Assembly (NCBI GenBank): GCA_043803105.1
Contig: JAZDKJ010000006.1
Coordinates: 128,001-192,000, forward strand
Direction of reading: 5' to 3'
Source: Candidatus Woesearchaeota archaeon
GTDB lineage: Archaea > Nanobdellota > Nanobdellia > Woesearchaeales > JAZDKJ01
DNA: 64,000 bases
The first letter of the stretch is position 1; each line of letters begins with the position of its first letter. A model generated the notes under the pieces. The model was not told where the DNA came from and searched no databases. It worked only from the letters and a program-made list of their open reading frames with translations. Shown here in pieces: positions 47,754 through 57,872 of this stretch. A program made the translations under genes and the position numbers.

Positions 47754-50260
47754 GTACGAGAGGCTACTTTAGTGTTGGGATGTTTGTCCTGCTTATTTGC
47801 ATCTGCAGCCCTGCAGTGTTGGCGCTTGACTTCAGCATTAGCGCTCCCGAACTGGTTTCGCCATCAGTTGCCTCTGACCTTGCAATCACGATAAGGTCGA
47901 ACCAGAGCCTTGACGGATTGGTAAGGATTAGCGCGACCAACGCTAACACATCGCAGAACATCTTTGGCTTTAGCAGGTTTGAGTTTGTGCAAGAAGGCCC
48001 CTCTCTCGTTTATTCACGCCATTTAGGCCTTTGGCCCAGGCTTCTTGGCAACTATTCTGTTACTGCCAGCCTCTTCAACCTTTCCGGCTCTCTGCTCGCC
48101 ACAGCCTCTGCCACAGGGGTGGTTGCGCTTCTCGATGACCAACCTCCCCGCGTTGTCACTCTTCTCCCCCAGGGGGTTATTCGCTCAGCTCTTGTCAACG
48201 TTTCTGTAAGGACTGATGAGTTCGCTCTTTGCAGGCTTGACTTGAACAACCTTACATGGGCATCGATGTCCACGCAGATGTCAGACCAAGGTGCCTATCA
48301 TTTCAAGACTCTTGAATTGTCCTCAGGCAAGTTCAGGTATTTCCTTTCCTGCATGGATAGGTACGGCAATGTTATGGTCCCTATCGCTTTGGATTTCGAG
48401 ATTCGCCTGCCTCCTCTTGCGGAGATATCCTTGAGTGATCCCTCTCCTGTAAAGGATGGTGTTATTGAGGTCTCGCTAATCTCATCAGAGGACTTGAAGT
48501 CTACCCCTAGCTTGAGCTATGACCTTGATGGCAAGGACCAAAAGTCAATCTCCCTCGAGGGTTCTAAGCGGTCCTGGCATGGCTTCATTGTTATAGAGAA
48601 CACTGACAACCAACGGATTGGCACTTTTCATTGGTCCGGTACCGACATTGATGGCGAGACCGGTTCAACAATAAGCAAGGGTGTGATATTCATTGTTGAT
48701 ACCCTGGAGCCTGCGGCACCTCAGGGACTGCTTGCAAATTCAGGCCAGTCAATAAGCCTTGAATGGTACTATGACGGCGAGCCTGTTGATCATTTCAATA
48801 TCTATCGCTCTCTCTCCCCGTCGGTGGGCCTTGCGAATTACTATACCAAAACAATTGGAAAGAGCTATGTAGATAATGACCTTGCCCCGGAAACTCACTA
48901 TTATTATCGGATAAGTGCCGTTGACGAGGCCGGAAATGAGGGGTCTCTCTCTGCAGAGGCCTCTGCCCTCTGTTCCAGGCTGATGAAGCATTCCGACAAT
49001 TCAACTCAGTTTGTGTCTGACGAGAAAAAGGTTCTGCTTGACGATTTGCTTGTGCTCAGGGTCAATGACTCCCTGCAAAACCTTGCCAACCTCGAGGTTG
49101 ACATTGACTGGGCAAGGTCTGCTTTGTCCAAGCTAGCAGACCAAGACCAAATCCAGATTCTAGAAGACCTTTCAGTGTCTACGCTTCTGACCTATGCCAA
49201 GTCCAAGCTCAATGACTATCGCAGTCAATTGCGTGAACTCTGGTATATGGACATTTCTGAAAAGGATTTGGATAAAAGATTGAACAATATAGTCGAGAAG
49301 ATTGGTCTCTTGAAGAGTGCTACTCCAAAGTCAGCTTCCATTTTATCCAGGTCTGTTGTTGTCCAGGGATTTGATGAAAAGGCCTTTGCCACATCTCTGG
49401 ATCTTGTCTTGCCGATAGTGGGCTCCCAAGATATTAATGCCTATAGCCAATCGAGCAGGCAATTGCAGCAGGCTCTGCGTGTCTCACAGGACATCATAGT
49501 TGTTGATATCACCTACCTTGACAGCTCAACCCAGAACATCACTCTTGTGTCAAAACAGCTTTCATATGATGGTAGCCTCAAGGACTGTAAGCTTGTTGAG
49601 TATATCCCTAAGTCCCTTGCCGGAGATGTTAAGGATGTTGTCTTCCTCTTCCCTGGTTACAACGTTCTGGTGTCTGATCCAATTGTCTCTTGGGACATAG
49701 CCCTATTCACCGGCGCCAAGATTAAGTACTATGTCAAAGGCAGCCAATTGGAGCAGGCCAAGTCTGCATCCACCTTTGTTTTCGGTTCTGGCTCCTCTGC
49801 CAAGATTCCAGAACAGCCTCCTGCCACTGCCCAGGTAATCAAGAGCAGTTCAGGCCAAACGTTTACGCCTACAGAGATTGCCATGATAATTATTGGCCTT
49901 GTCTTTGTCATGGGCCTTGCTGTCTATTATTTTACTTTCTCAGGTGCATCACTAGACGACCTGCTAGCAGAGCGATATATGAAAAGTTATATGAAAAAGG
50001 CGCAAAGGCTTGAGGAGCGCGCATTGCGCATGAAGCAGGCTTCTGTGACTCCGCTCTCATCTGATGATTACCTGTATGCGAAGATGCTGCTCGCCAAGGC
50101 TCACGTGAGCATACAAGAGCAAAACCTTGACAGGGCAGAGCTTATCTACAACACAGTGCAGGAGATATACATTCGGCTTGAGCCAGCCAACCGTAAAGGC
50201 ATTTATGATGAATGCCTGAAGGTTTATGAAAAGATTGAACAGCTGCGTTGGATAAAATGA
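47750..50260 (+). CDS. Large membrane-anchored surface protein with Ig/FN3 domains, helical stalk, TM and cytoplasmic TPR-like helices
   Basis: DTLEPAAPQGL...LEW...FNIYRS...YYYRISAVDEAGNEG FN3 motif; TM near residue 710-730. Confidence 0.8.
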   Translation: MSTRGYFSVGMFVLLICICSPAVLALDFSISAPELVSPSVASDLAITIRSNQSLDGLVRISATNANTSQNIFGFSRFEFVQEGPSLVYSRHLGLWPRLLGNYSVTASLFNLSGSLLATASATGVVALLDDQPPRVVTLLPQGVIRSALVNVSVRTDEFALCRLDLNNLTWASMSTQMSDQGAYHFKTLELSSGKFRYFLSCMDRYGNVMVPIALDFEIRLPPLAEISLSDPSPVKDGVIEVSLISSEDLKSTPSLSYDLDGKDQKSISLEGSKRSWHGFIVIENTDNQRIGTFHWSGTDIDGETGSTISKGVIFIVDTLEPAAPQGLLANSGQSISLEWYYDGEPVDHFNIYRSLSPSVGLANYYTKTIGKSYVDNDLAPETHYYYRISAVDEAGNEGSLSAEASALCSRLMKHSDNSTQFVSDEKKVLLDDLLVLRVNDSLQNLANLEVDIDWARSALSKLADQDQIQILEDLSVSTLLTYAKSKLNDYRSQLRELWYMDISEKDLDKRLNNIVEKIGLLKSATPKSASILSRSVVVQGFDEKAFATSLDLVLPIVGSQDINAYSQSSRQLQQALRVSQDIIVVDITYLDSSTQNITLVSKQLSYDGSLKDCKLVEYIPKSLAGDVKDVVFLFPGYNVLVSDPIVSWDIALFTGAKIKYYVKGSQLEQAKSASTFVFGSGSSAKIPEQPPATAQVIKSSSGQTFTPTEIAMIIIGLVFVMGLAVYYFTFSGASLDDLLAERYMKSYMKKAQRLEERALRMKQASVTPLSSDDYLYAKMLLAKAHVSIQEQNLDRAELIYNTVQEIYIRLEPANRKGIYDECLKVYEKIEQLRWIK

Positions 50261-50553
50261 GGCCTAATTTTGTTTTCAGTAACAGGAAGCTTTATCGAAG
50301 CTATTTGCACATCAAGGCCAGGTCATTCTTCATTAAGCATCAAAGAACCACTTACCTTTTGTGTACATGCCTGCTCATTGCCCTGTCTCTCGTGCTCATG
50401 CTGCTTGTCAGCTCATCTGATTTGCCCGCAGGCTTGATCATTAGCGAGGGCAATACTGTACCCGAGCCTGCCTGTAAAACCCTTGCCTTTAGCCAAGACA
50501 ACCGCTCACTCAATTTCACGATCTGCAATGACATCATCACAAATCTTAAATAA
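50257..50553 (+). CDS. Small single-TM protein
   Basis: ATGA overlap; basic N-terminus, TM, short Cys-pair domain. Confidence 0.5.
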   Translation: MRPNFVFSNRKLYRSYLHIKARSFFIKHQRTTYLLCTCLLIALSLVLMLLVSSSDLPAGLIISEGNTVPEPACKTLAFSQDNRSLNFTICNDIITNLK

Positions 50554-50557
50554 CACA

Positions 50558-51763
50558 ATGCCCTGCCAAAAATCCGTGCACAAAAACAACTTTGCTCTCT
50601 GTTCTCTGATTTTTCTGCTTCTTTTGCTCGAGACAGCATCAGCTGTCAACATTGGGATAAGCCCTGGGGCAGTTGCTTTCAACAAGATGCTGCGTGCAGG
50701 CTATGCGCAAAGGACTGTGACAATCAGCACCTCTGTTACAGAGCCCTTGACCGCCCACTGTGAGCTTTACGGCGAAATTAAGGATTGGCTCGAGGTTGAT
50801 TCTAACATTACAGAATTCACATTTTCCGCAGGCTCTCCCCACCGCATGAAGGTTATTGTCCAGCCGCCTGACAATGCCCAGGCAGGCAATTACACTGGTA
50901 GCATCCGCATTGTCACAGATAAGCTTGGCTCTCTGGGTTCAGGCACAGGCAGTGTTGTCAAGGCTGCTGTGAGCCTTCAGATCAAGGTAGAGATTACCGG
51001 CCAGGAGATCCTTTCTTGCCGGGCTGGCGGCTTCTACATCCCCTCAGCAGAGGTGGGATTTCCCCTGATGTTCTCTTACACTGTTGCCAACGACGGCAAT
51101 GTCTGGCTTAGGCCTCACATAGAAATAGACATCTGGGATCAGGCCCAGGAAGAGCTTCTTCTCTCCCAGGAGTTCAACAATGACATGGTCCGCCAGACCG
51201 AGGAGCAACGATTTACAAATCAGATTTCTGCGAGTCTGCCTGTAGGCCAGTATTGGGCACAAGTGCGCGCCATAGAGTGCGGTGCCTCTGACCTCCTGAC
51301 CTTCAGCGTGCTTGAGAAGGGTGCGATCGCGGATGAGGCTGAGCTGCTTGACATCAAGGCCAAGCCGTGGGTCAGCCTTGGAGAGATAGTTCCAATTAAT
51401 GCGATCTTCCGCAACACTGGCTCAAGGACTGTCTTTGCCACCTTCAAGGGCAAGGTCTCACTTGATGACCAGGTCATCCAGCTTCTCCAATCAGCAGAAA
51501 TCCAGGTCATGCCCAATGAGAATGTCAATTTCACATTGTATTTTACTCCAAAACAGCAGGGCAAGTTCATAGTGACAGGCCGTGTCCAGTACAATCGAAA
51601 GCTCACCTTTGAGAAAGGTACTGTGATAAATGTGCTACCAGGAAAAGAGCTGCCCTCTGTTGTTGAGGGCTTGCGCATTGTTCCCTTGATTGTCTTTGTT
51701 ATACTCCTGCTCTTCATAATCATCTTGCTCTCAAAGATAAGGAAGGCACGGCACAGGCGTTAA
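50558..51763 (+). CDS. Three-Ig-domain protein with C-terminal TM (DUF916/PapD-like first domain)
   Basis: Signal peptide ending ASA, then IGISPG; PDNAQAGNYTGSI; NDGNVWLRP; NTGSRT; TM followed by KIRKARHRR. Confidence 0.7.
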   Translation: MPCQKSVHKNNFALCSLIFLLLLLETASAVNIGISPGAVAFNKMLRAGYAQRTVTISTSVTEPLTAHCELYGEIKDWLEVDSNITEFTFSAGSPHRMKVIVQPPDNAQAGNYTGSIRIVTDKLGSLGSGTGSVVKAAVSLQIKVEITGQEILSCRAGGFYIPSAEVGFPLMFSYTVANDGNVWLRPHIEIDIWDQAQEELLLSQEFNNDMVRQTEEQRFTNQISASLPVGQYWAQVRAIECGASDLLTFSVLEKGAIADEAELLDIKAKPWVSLGEIVPINAIFRNTGSRTVFATFKGKVSLDDQVIQLLQSAEIQVMPNENVNFTLYFTPKQQGKFIVTGRVQYNRKLTFEKGTVINVLPGKELPSVVEGLRIVPLIVFVILLLFIIILLSKIRKARHRR

Positions 51764-51858
51764 GCCAGATTACGGTGTCCAAAATATAAACCTTTAAATA
51801 TTGTTATTCATTCGTTATTTGTCAATCTATATGATAGAGACAGCAATGGGGGGGTAGT

Positions 51859-52128
51859 ATGACTAACTTAAAGATTTTTAACGTATTGTTCAGGGAAAAG
51901 CCAGCCATGATGCTCGTCGAGCTGAAGAACGCCAAAGGCGAGATCTATGCGTCTTCTCTTGCGAAAAAGATCGACTGCACCTATTCGCATGTCGTCAAGA
52001 TCCTGCAGGAGATGGAGAAATCCAAGCTGATTAATTTTGACAAGCAGGGACGATTGAAGCTTTTGACCCTGACCAAGAAGGGCCAGGATATTGCCGAGAA
52101 TATTGAGAAGATAAGGAATCTTTTCTAA
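51859..52128 (+). CDS. Small winged-HTH (MarR-like) regulator
   Basis: YASSLAKKIDCTYSHVVKILQEME...KQGRLKLLTLTKKG. Confidence 0.85.
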   Translation: MTNLKIFNVLFREKPAMMLVELKNAKGEIYASSLAKKIDCTYSHVVKILQEMEKSKLINFDKQGRLKLLTLTKKGQDIAENIEKIRNLF

Positions 52129-52211
52129 GATTTGTTCAAATCCAAAAAAAGGGGTGAGGTAAGCTTCTTGGGAGGCTAAACTTTTAAATACTTTTGTGCA
52201 ACAATTGCCTC

Positions 52212-52838
52212 ATGGTCGAAGGTTTGGAGCAGTGGGTTCATTCATCCCGGACTGTTAGGGCTGAAAAGCCCTGGGAGAGAGTGTTTGCTTACAACATCCG
52301 CGTTAACCCAAAGCTAAACTCAAGAGAATCTGTTCAGCAATATTTCCTTGATGTGGTTGATTACATTGCAACAGATGCAAAACTTCAGGACAGCATAGAC
52401 CAATTGGTCATTGATGTTGAGGTTGGATACAGACAGTTTCTGCGCGAGGCTGCTAAGGCCAGGGTGGACGAGAGTGTGTTACAAATGTCCAGGCGCAGCA
52501 CAGGTTCACACAACTCTTACTATAAATTTCCAGCTGTCAGTGGCCTTGTTCTAGGTGTTGCTGCTGGCGCTGCAGCATGGTATCCTACCTTCTGCGGTTG
52601 GGCGACTGATTTTGGTACCTACATCAATCAATACAGCAAACTTCTTGCTCCTCTGAGCGGATTAGTTCAGTTTACTGTTGTGGCAGTGCCAACTGCGGCA
52701 AAGGCTTTGCTCGGTGCAGCCATTGGCGATAAAGCAGCCCGCTTGATTGCCGCACCCTTCGTGAAGATGTGTACTCCAATGGCCACTAAAGCCGTTGCAT
52801 ATGAAAAGGTTCAAAGGGCTGTAGGAAAGCTGGCCTAG
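52212..52838 (+). CDS. Hypothetical protein with hydrophobic Gly/Ala-rich C-terminal helices
   Basis: Long ORF with a TATA-like TTTTAAATA about 30 nt upstream of ATG 52212. Confidence 0.55.
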   Translation: MVEGLEQWVHSSRTVRAEKPWERVFAYNIRVNPKLNSRESVQQYFLDVVDYIATDAKLQDSIDQLVIDVEVGYRQFLREAAKARVDESVLQMSRRSTGSHNSYYKFPAVSGLVLGVAAGAAAWYPTFCGWATDFGTYINQYSKLLAPLSGLVQFTVVAVPTAAKALLGAAIGDKAARLIAAPFVKMCTPMATKAVAYEKVQRAVGKLA

Positions 52839-52849
52839 ATATAATGCCT

Positions 52850-54268
52850 TTACAATACCTTCTCTTCCATGCTCTTCTGTCTAAGTGTCTCTATAGCCAC
52901 GCTCAAGAATTCCTCTTCCTTTTCGATTGGCACGATTGCTCCTGCTGCATCAGTGTGCCCGCCTGACTCGCCGCCAACCTTCTCTATTATCTCTTGCAGG
53001 ATTGACTTTAAGTCAGCCTCCTCTTTTTTTCTTCCGCTGATCCTAAGCGATGCCTTTATCGTGCCTTCTAAGGTGTAGGCCATCGAGAGTATGTAAGTCT
53101 TGTCCTCGAATTCGTTCGATTTCGAGAGTATTGAGGCAATTGTGCCTGCAAAGGTGAATGGTATATGGTCTTTTGCGTTTATCAGTATGAATCCCTTTTC
53201 TTGGTGCACAAGCTCGCTTTTCTTGTTGTCCTGGTACCACTTCAGTGCAGCTATGAGCTCTTTTCTGTACTGGAACAATTGGTTCACGGCCTTTTGTTTT
53301 GAATCCTTGTTACCGATGCATGTCCCTATGCCAAGCGATGCCTTGTTCATGCGTCCGCATGCGTTAAGGAGTGTCGAGAATTCCTTCGCGTCCTTCAACG
53401 GAGACTCGGGAGCCTCCTCGGTAAGCAGGTAGGTGTACCCGAATATGTCTTCAGGGTGTGACTCGAGCGATCTCTTCAGTATTATCGCGCACGCTAACTT
53501 TTGCTGCTCCTCTTCTGTTAGGTTGCATAGCTTCTTCCATTCCTTTCCCTTCTTTGGGTTGATGTCTATCTGCTGCAGGAATTGGATCGCAGCCGATTCA
53601 GATCCTGTTACCCCAGGTATGTATGGGTCTGTGGTGTATTCAATCACCTTGTGTATTGGCCTTGTCTGGCTCCCGAAAACCCTCAGCCCTTTTGTGACCT
53701 TGATTTTCCCGTTCTCTTTTGCCGTCGACAGTATCTCGTCGTTGAGCCTCTTAAACCCATTTTCTTCTTGCAAGTCCCCGATTGCTCCGACTATCGCAAT
53801 GTGTGCCATCTCCCTGTTCTTGGGATCAATAGCCATCACGAACTTGTATGTAATGCCTGCCCCAGAGATCTCCCTTGAACCATCTATTCCGAACAGGTGC
53901 GGGTTGATGTGTACTATGTCTTCAGGGTTTTTGTCTGTGCTTAGCTCGTGATGGTCAAGGATGAATATGCTCCTTCCAGGAAGGAATCTCTTGATGTTTG
54001 AGATCTGTCCTGAGCCGAGGTCTGTGAACACGTATGTTTTGTAGTCTTCGTGCGATAATTCCCTTAGAATGTTTTCCTCAAGCTGGTGAACTATACTTAT
54101 CGAGTATTTCCTGTTTTCGTTCGTCAGCGCCCTTATGAGGATTGAGCAGGCGCAGATGCCATCGCTGTCCAAGTGTGAGACTATTCTAATTGTCTCGCTG
54201 GTGTCAACCTTCTTGAAAGCCTCTGCTGCGCTATTTATGCAGGCATCCAGCTGCTCGTATCTGTCCAT
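52850..54268 (-). CDS. recJ: Archaeal RecJ/GAN-family DHH-DHHA1 nuclease
   Basis: SHLDSDG, FTDLGSG, ILDHH, GAIGD, LLNACGRM, GGHTDAAG; directly downstream of uS15 as is common in archaea. Confidence 0.92.
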   Translation of the reverse strand: MDRYEQLDACINSAAEAFKKVDTSETIRIVSHLDSDGICACSILIRALTNENRKYSISIVHQLEENILRELSHEDYKTYVFTDLGSGQISNIKRFLPGRSIFILDHHELSTDKNPEDIVHINPHLFGIDGSREISGAGITYKFVMAIDPKNREMAHIAIVGAIGDLQEENGFKRLNDEILSTAKENGKIKVTKGLRVFGSQTRPIHKVIEYTTDPYIPGVTGSESAAIQFLQQIDINPKKGKEWKKLCNLTEEEQQKLACAIILKRSLESHPEDIFGYTYLLTEEAPESPLKDAKEFSTLLNACGRMNKASLGIGTCIGNKDSKQKAVNQLFQYRKELIAALKWYQDNKKSELVHQEKGFILINAKDHIPFTFAGTIASILSKSNEFEDKTYILSMAYTLEGTIKASLRISGRKKEEADLKSILQEIIEKVGGESGGHTDAAGAIVPIEKEEEFLSVAIETLRQKSMEEKVL

Positions 54269-54269
54269 C

Positions 54270-54722
54270 TTAAGCGTAAAGCCTTATGCTCTGCTCGTCG
54301 TATTTCCAGTCCTGCGGCAGCTTCTTTGATCTCTTGTAGTACTTCACTAGCCTTTTGATCTTTGATTCTGTGAGTTGGAGTCCCCTGTTTGCAGTCTGGT
54401 CCTGTTTGTTCCTCTCTATGTGCTTCTTTACCTCTATGACCTTCTTGATAAGGCTCAACAGGTCTTCAGGGATCTTTGCAGAAAGCCCTTTCTCCTTGAG
54501 CATCTCTGTGATGCCCTTGCCAGCAATGTCTTTTACGCTTGGTATCCCGTAGCTGTCTCTGAGTATTATCCCGATCTCTGACGAGCTTTTCCCTTCCTTT
54601 GAGAGCTTTATTAGGAGCATCTCAATCTCCTTGGGCTTGTATCTTATCCAGCTTGGTATGCTTTTCTTGCTTGGTTTTGTTGATCCTGATTTTCCTTTCT
54701 TTCCTGAGTACATTCGTGCCAT
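54270..54722 (-). CDS. rps15: 30S ribosomal protein uS15 (archaeal S15/S13e type)
   Basis: MARMYSGKKGKSGS, IGIILRDSYGIP, IPEDL, GLQLTESKIKRLVKYYK. Confidence 0.98.
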   Translation of the reverse strand: MARMYSGKKGKSGSTKPSKKSIPSWIRYKPKEIEMLLIKLSKEGKSSSEIGIILRDSYGIPSVKDIAGKGITEMLKEKGLSAKIPEDLLSLIKKVIEVKKHIERNKQDQTANRGLQLTESKIKRLVKYYKRSKKLPQDWKYDEQSIRLYA

Positions 54723-54731
54723 TTTGTTTTG

Positions 54732-54792
54732 CGAGAAATAGAGTATGCCATCTTCTCCAGCATAGGCGAGCTTGTGACCAACCTATCTCTCG
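54732..54792 (-). promoter_or_regulatory. Structured 5' leader of rps15 (candidate ribosomal-protein leader)
   Basis: 10-bp closing stem CGAGAGATAG/CTATTTCTCG, inner TATGC/GCATA hairpin; TATA TTTATAAA at 54817-54824. Confidence 0.45.
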
Positions 54793-54886
54793 ATAACTGG
54801 CAAAAACTGGAATTTGTTTATAAAGATTGTGGTTGCATAAAAGGTCGGAAATATAACATCGATAATACGCAATAATTTTTGCAGGC

Positions 54887-55090
54887 ATGATGACAAGGTT
54901 TATACAGTCTTTCGTCAAGGAATTCTGTATGAAACACTTGAAGCCATCTAAAGAATCCTTAGAAACACAATATGCTACAAGAGCCACAAAGAGAGCAATA
55001 CGTTTGATTTTTTGGTTGTTCGTATTGTTCGTAATTGTGATGGGGATTTTTTGGGCAGTACCTCGGATCTGGAAATTTGTTTTTGGATGA
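54887..55090 (+). CDS. Possible small membrane protein (start may be 54929)
   Basis: One clear TM, LIFWLFVLFVIVMGIFWAV. Confidence 0.35.
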   Translation: MMTRFIQSFVKEFCMKHLKPSKESLETQYATRATKRAIRLIFWLFVLFVIVMGIFWAVPRIWKFVFG

Positions 55091-55395
55091 ACCCATTAAA
55101 AAGCCTCCAAAAATTACTTCTGCAGTTTATTGTTTCCCTGTCGGGAGCATAAACTTTGAACTTGCATCTCTGAATTTTGTCACCCCACTTGCTTCCACCC
55201 GTGTGGCAACAAAATTTGAGGCAAGGGAAACCAACACCAATTAAACTAAATCCGAAGGGGTGTCCGCTGGTTCTGTAATAAAGAACTCCTTTGCAGATGG
55301 TAGCTCTTTGATATTCCTCTTGTATCTGTGCTGCAGCCTGGAATTTCTCCCTTAAAAGCAAAGGTTATATACTTGCAGTGCACCCTGCTTGGCTG

Positions 55396-56220
55396 ATGAT
55401 TGAGACTGAAATCCAGGATAATGCCTCTAAGGCAATAATCACTGTAAAAGACTTGACAAAGGATTTCAAGGGGTTCTTGGCAGTTGACCATATATCTTTC
55501 TCTATCCTTAAAGGCGAGGTTTTTGGTTTCCTTGGCCCGAACGGCGCTGGTAAGTCCACCACCATAAAGATGCTAACAACGCTCTTGCAGCCCACAAGCG
55601 GTGCTATGGATATGTGTGGTTTTGATCCTGTCAGGGATCCTGATAAGGTCAGGTCTACCTTTGGCATCGTGTTTCAGGATCCCAGCCTTGACGAGGAGCT
55701 TACTGCTTTTGAGAATATGGAGTTCCACGGTGTCCTCTACGGCATTCCAAAAGCTCTTCTTAGGGAAAGGACTGAGCAGCTCTTGAAGATTGTTGAGCTG
55801 TGGGATAGGCGAGGTAGTCTTGTAAAGACCTTCTCCGGAGGTATGAAGCGCCGTTTGGAGATTGCCCGAGGCCTTTTGCATCATCCCAAGATTCTTTTTC
55901 TTGACGAGCCTACCCTTGGGCTTGATCCTCAGACCAGGAATCACATCTGGACTTATATTAAGGACCTAAACAAGACCGAGCATATAACTGTTTTCTTCAC
56001 CACCCACTACATGGAGGAGGCAGACCGTGTTGCCGGAAGGATAGCAATTATTGACCATGGTAAGATTGTCGCGCAAGGCACTCCGCTAGATTTGAAGGAA
56101 AAAACTGGTAAGTCCTCGCTTGAGGATGCATTTATCGAGCTTACAGGCCGGGATATTCGTGATGAAGAAGCCTCCAATCTCGACCATATGCGTTTGCGAA
56201 GGAGGATGTGGCGAAGATGA
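55396..56220 (+). CDS. ABC-2 type exporter ATP-binding subunit (DrrA-like)
   Basis: Walker A GPNGAGKS, signature FSGGMKRR, Walker B LFLDEPT, TTHYMEEA. Confidence 0.96.
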   Translation: MIETEIQDNASKAIITVKDLTKDFKGFLAVDHISFSILKGEVFGFLGPNGAGKSTTIKMLTTLLQPTSGAMDMCGFDPVRDPDKVRSTFGIVFQDPSLDEELTAFENMEFHGVLYGIPKALLRERTEQLLKIVELWDRRGSLVKTFSGGMKRRLEIARGLLHHPKILFLDEPTLGLDPQTRNHIWTYIKDLNKTEHITVFFTTHYMEEADRVAGRIAIIDHGKIVAQGTPLDLKEKTGKSSLEDAFIELTGRDIRDEEASNLDHMRLRRRMWRR

Positions 56221-56960
56221 GGACTATCTACATTCTTTGGCTGAGGCAGTTGAAGCGTTATTTTCGCTCTCGCGCAAGGATTATTGGTTCGCTTGCGCAG
56301 CCCCTGCTTTTTCTTCTTGCCTTAGGCTTCGGTTTTGGCCCGATTTTTGCCAAGGCTGGCCAAGGAAACTATCTCCAATTCCTTGCACCAGGCATCATTG
56401 CCATGAGCATACTGTTTTCATCAGTTTTTACTGGCATCGAGGTAATCTGGGACCGTCAGTTCGGCTTTCTGAAGGAAACCCTTGTTGCGCCCGTTTCAAG
56501 GGTGAAGATAATGCTTGGTCGAACTCTTGGAGGCGCCACAGTTTCTGTCATGCAGGGAATAGTTGTCCTTGTCATCGCAACCATTGCAGGCTTTCGTCCT
56601 AATCTCGCTATGTTGCCTCTCTCGTTTCTGTTCATGGCCTTGATTGCTGTTTTGTTCACCGCCCTCGGTACTGCCATCGCCTGCATGCTTGAAGACATGC
56701 AGGGCTTTCAGCTTATAGTCAACTTTATCATCATGCCTCTGTTTTTCCTTTCAGGAGCGCTTTTTCCATTTGAGGGTTTGCCCAAAGCGATTGATGTTGT
56801 GGCTAAGCTTAATCCCTTGAGTTATGGTGTTGATGGTTTGCGCGGTGCTCTGACTGGAACTTTTTCCTTGGGCTTGTTTAATGACCTTGTGGTCTTGTCT
56901 GCAGTTGCTGTAGTTCTGCTAGCTGTCGGCAGTTATCTGTTCTCTAAGATAGAGATCTAG
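56217..56960 (+). CDS. ABC-2 type exporter permease (DrrB-like)
   Basis: WDRQFGFLKETLVAPVSR, PLFFLSGALFP, NPLSYGVDGLR; ATGA overlap. Confidence 0.95.
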   Translation: MRTIYILWLRQLKRYFRSRARIIGSLAQPLLFLLALGFGFGPIFAKAGQGNYLQFLAPGIIAMSILFSSVFTGIEVIWDRQFGFLKETLVAPVSRVKIMLGRTLGGATVSVMQGIVVLVIATIAGFRPNLAMLPLSFLFMALIAVLFTALGTAIACMLEDMQGFQLIVNFIIMPLFFLSGALFPFEGLPKAIDVVAKLNPLSYGVDGLRGALTGTFSLGLFNDLVVLSAVAVVLLAVGSYLFSKIEI

Positions 56961-57430
56961 ATGTTATCGATTACGTCTTCCTTGATTATGTTCAGGACTA
57001 GCCTTGTTTCTGTCCTCTCAACAAAATCATAGGTCTGTATTTTCTTTACAAAATTGTCAAGCTCTCTCCTGTTCTTGAACTTGGCTATGACCAGGCAGTC
57101 AAACGAGCCGGTGAGATCATAGACAGCCTGGACGCTTGGGTGCTTTGCTATTAGCCTTTCAACTTCAAACAGCTTGCCCTTTGCTACCCTTATATCCACG
57201 CACACAACAAGGTCAAAACCAAGTTTCTGGTAATCAAGTTTTGCAGTGTATTTCTGTATGATTCCCTGTTCTTCTAACTTATCTATTCTGTGCATCACAG
57301 TTGCCACAGACACCAAGAGCTTCTTCGATATTTGCCTGTAGGAGAGCTTGGCGTTCTCGAGTAAAGTCCGTAGTATCTTCTTGTCTCTCTCGTCTATGTT
57401 GATTTTGGTCAATTGTTCAGATTTTCTCAT
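56957..57430 (-). CDS. Lrp/AsnC family transcriptional regulator
   Basis: IDERDKKILRTLLENAKLSYRQIS...RIDKLEEQGII; VYDLTGSFD. Confidence 0.95.
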   Translation of the reverse strand: MRKSEQLTKINIDERDKKILRTLLENAKLSYRQISKKLLVSVATVMHRIDKLEEQGIIQKYTAKLDYQKLGFDLVVCVDIRVAKGKLFEVERLIAKHPSVQAVYDLTGSFDCLVIAKFKNRRELDNFVKKIQTYDFVERTETRLVLNIIKEDVIDNI

Positions 57431-57549
57431 TAAACTGAGTCTCTATTGAACAAGTATTTAATTTTTTCCATTTTTTATAGGTATTAGTTCAATATATTAA
57501 CATAAATTATAAATAAAATGACATACTTTTGGTTATCGGAGGTAAGAAC

Positions 57550-57858
57550 ATGGCAGAAAATGGCGCTAAGAGTCTTGATGACCAACTTGCTGGCCCCATA
57601 GGCTGGCTAAAAGGCCCTGAAGGCAAAAGAATAGTATTTTTCGGAGGCTGTCCAGGGTACCTTGGAGAGCATTCTCAGATATTACTGGCTGTTCGCACGA
57701 ATAGCCATATTGAGCACAAGGAAATGGAGACCCCTGACGGACGAAGAGAGGATGTTCTTGAGAAAATCCGCGAACACCCGATATACTGTCCTCAATGTAG
57801 CATGGAAATCATGAATGATAGGTATAATAGAAGCGTTCGCCAGTTTGAAGAAGGATAA
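57550..57858 (+). CDS. Hypothetical protein with a CPQC motif
   Basis: GGAGGT SD upstream of ATG 57550. Confidence 0.5.
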   Translation: MAENGAKSLDDQLAGPIGWLKGPEGKRIVFFGGCPGYLGEHSQILLAVRTNSHIEHKEMETPDGRREDVLEKIREHPIYCPQCSMEIMNDRYNRSVRQFEEG

Positions 57859-57872
57859 AAAAAAGAAAAACC

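Noticed and set aside
10063-52128. Provirus or contractile injection system
   Set aside because: Nearly all products have signal peptides; no recognisable capsid, terminase, portal, sheath, baseplate or integrase
54975-55361. 128-aa - strand ORF
   Set aside because: TTG start, no recognisable motif, and it overlaps a competing + strand TM ORF; cannot be supported
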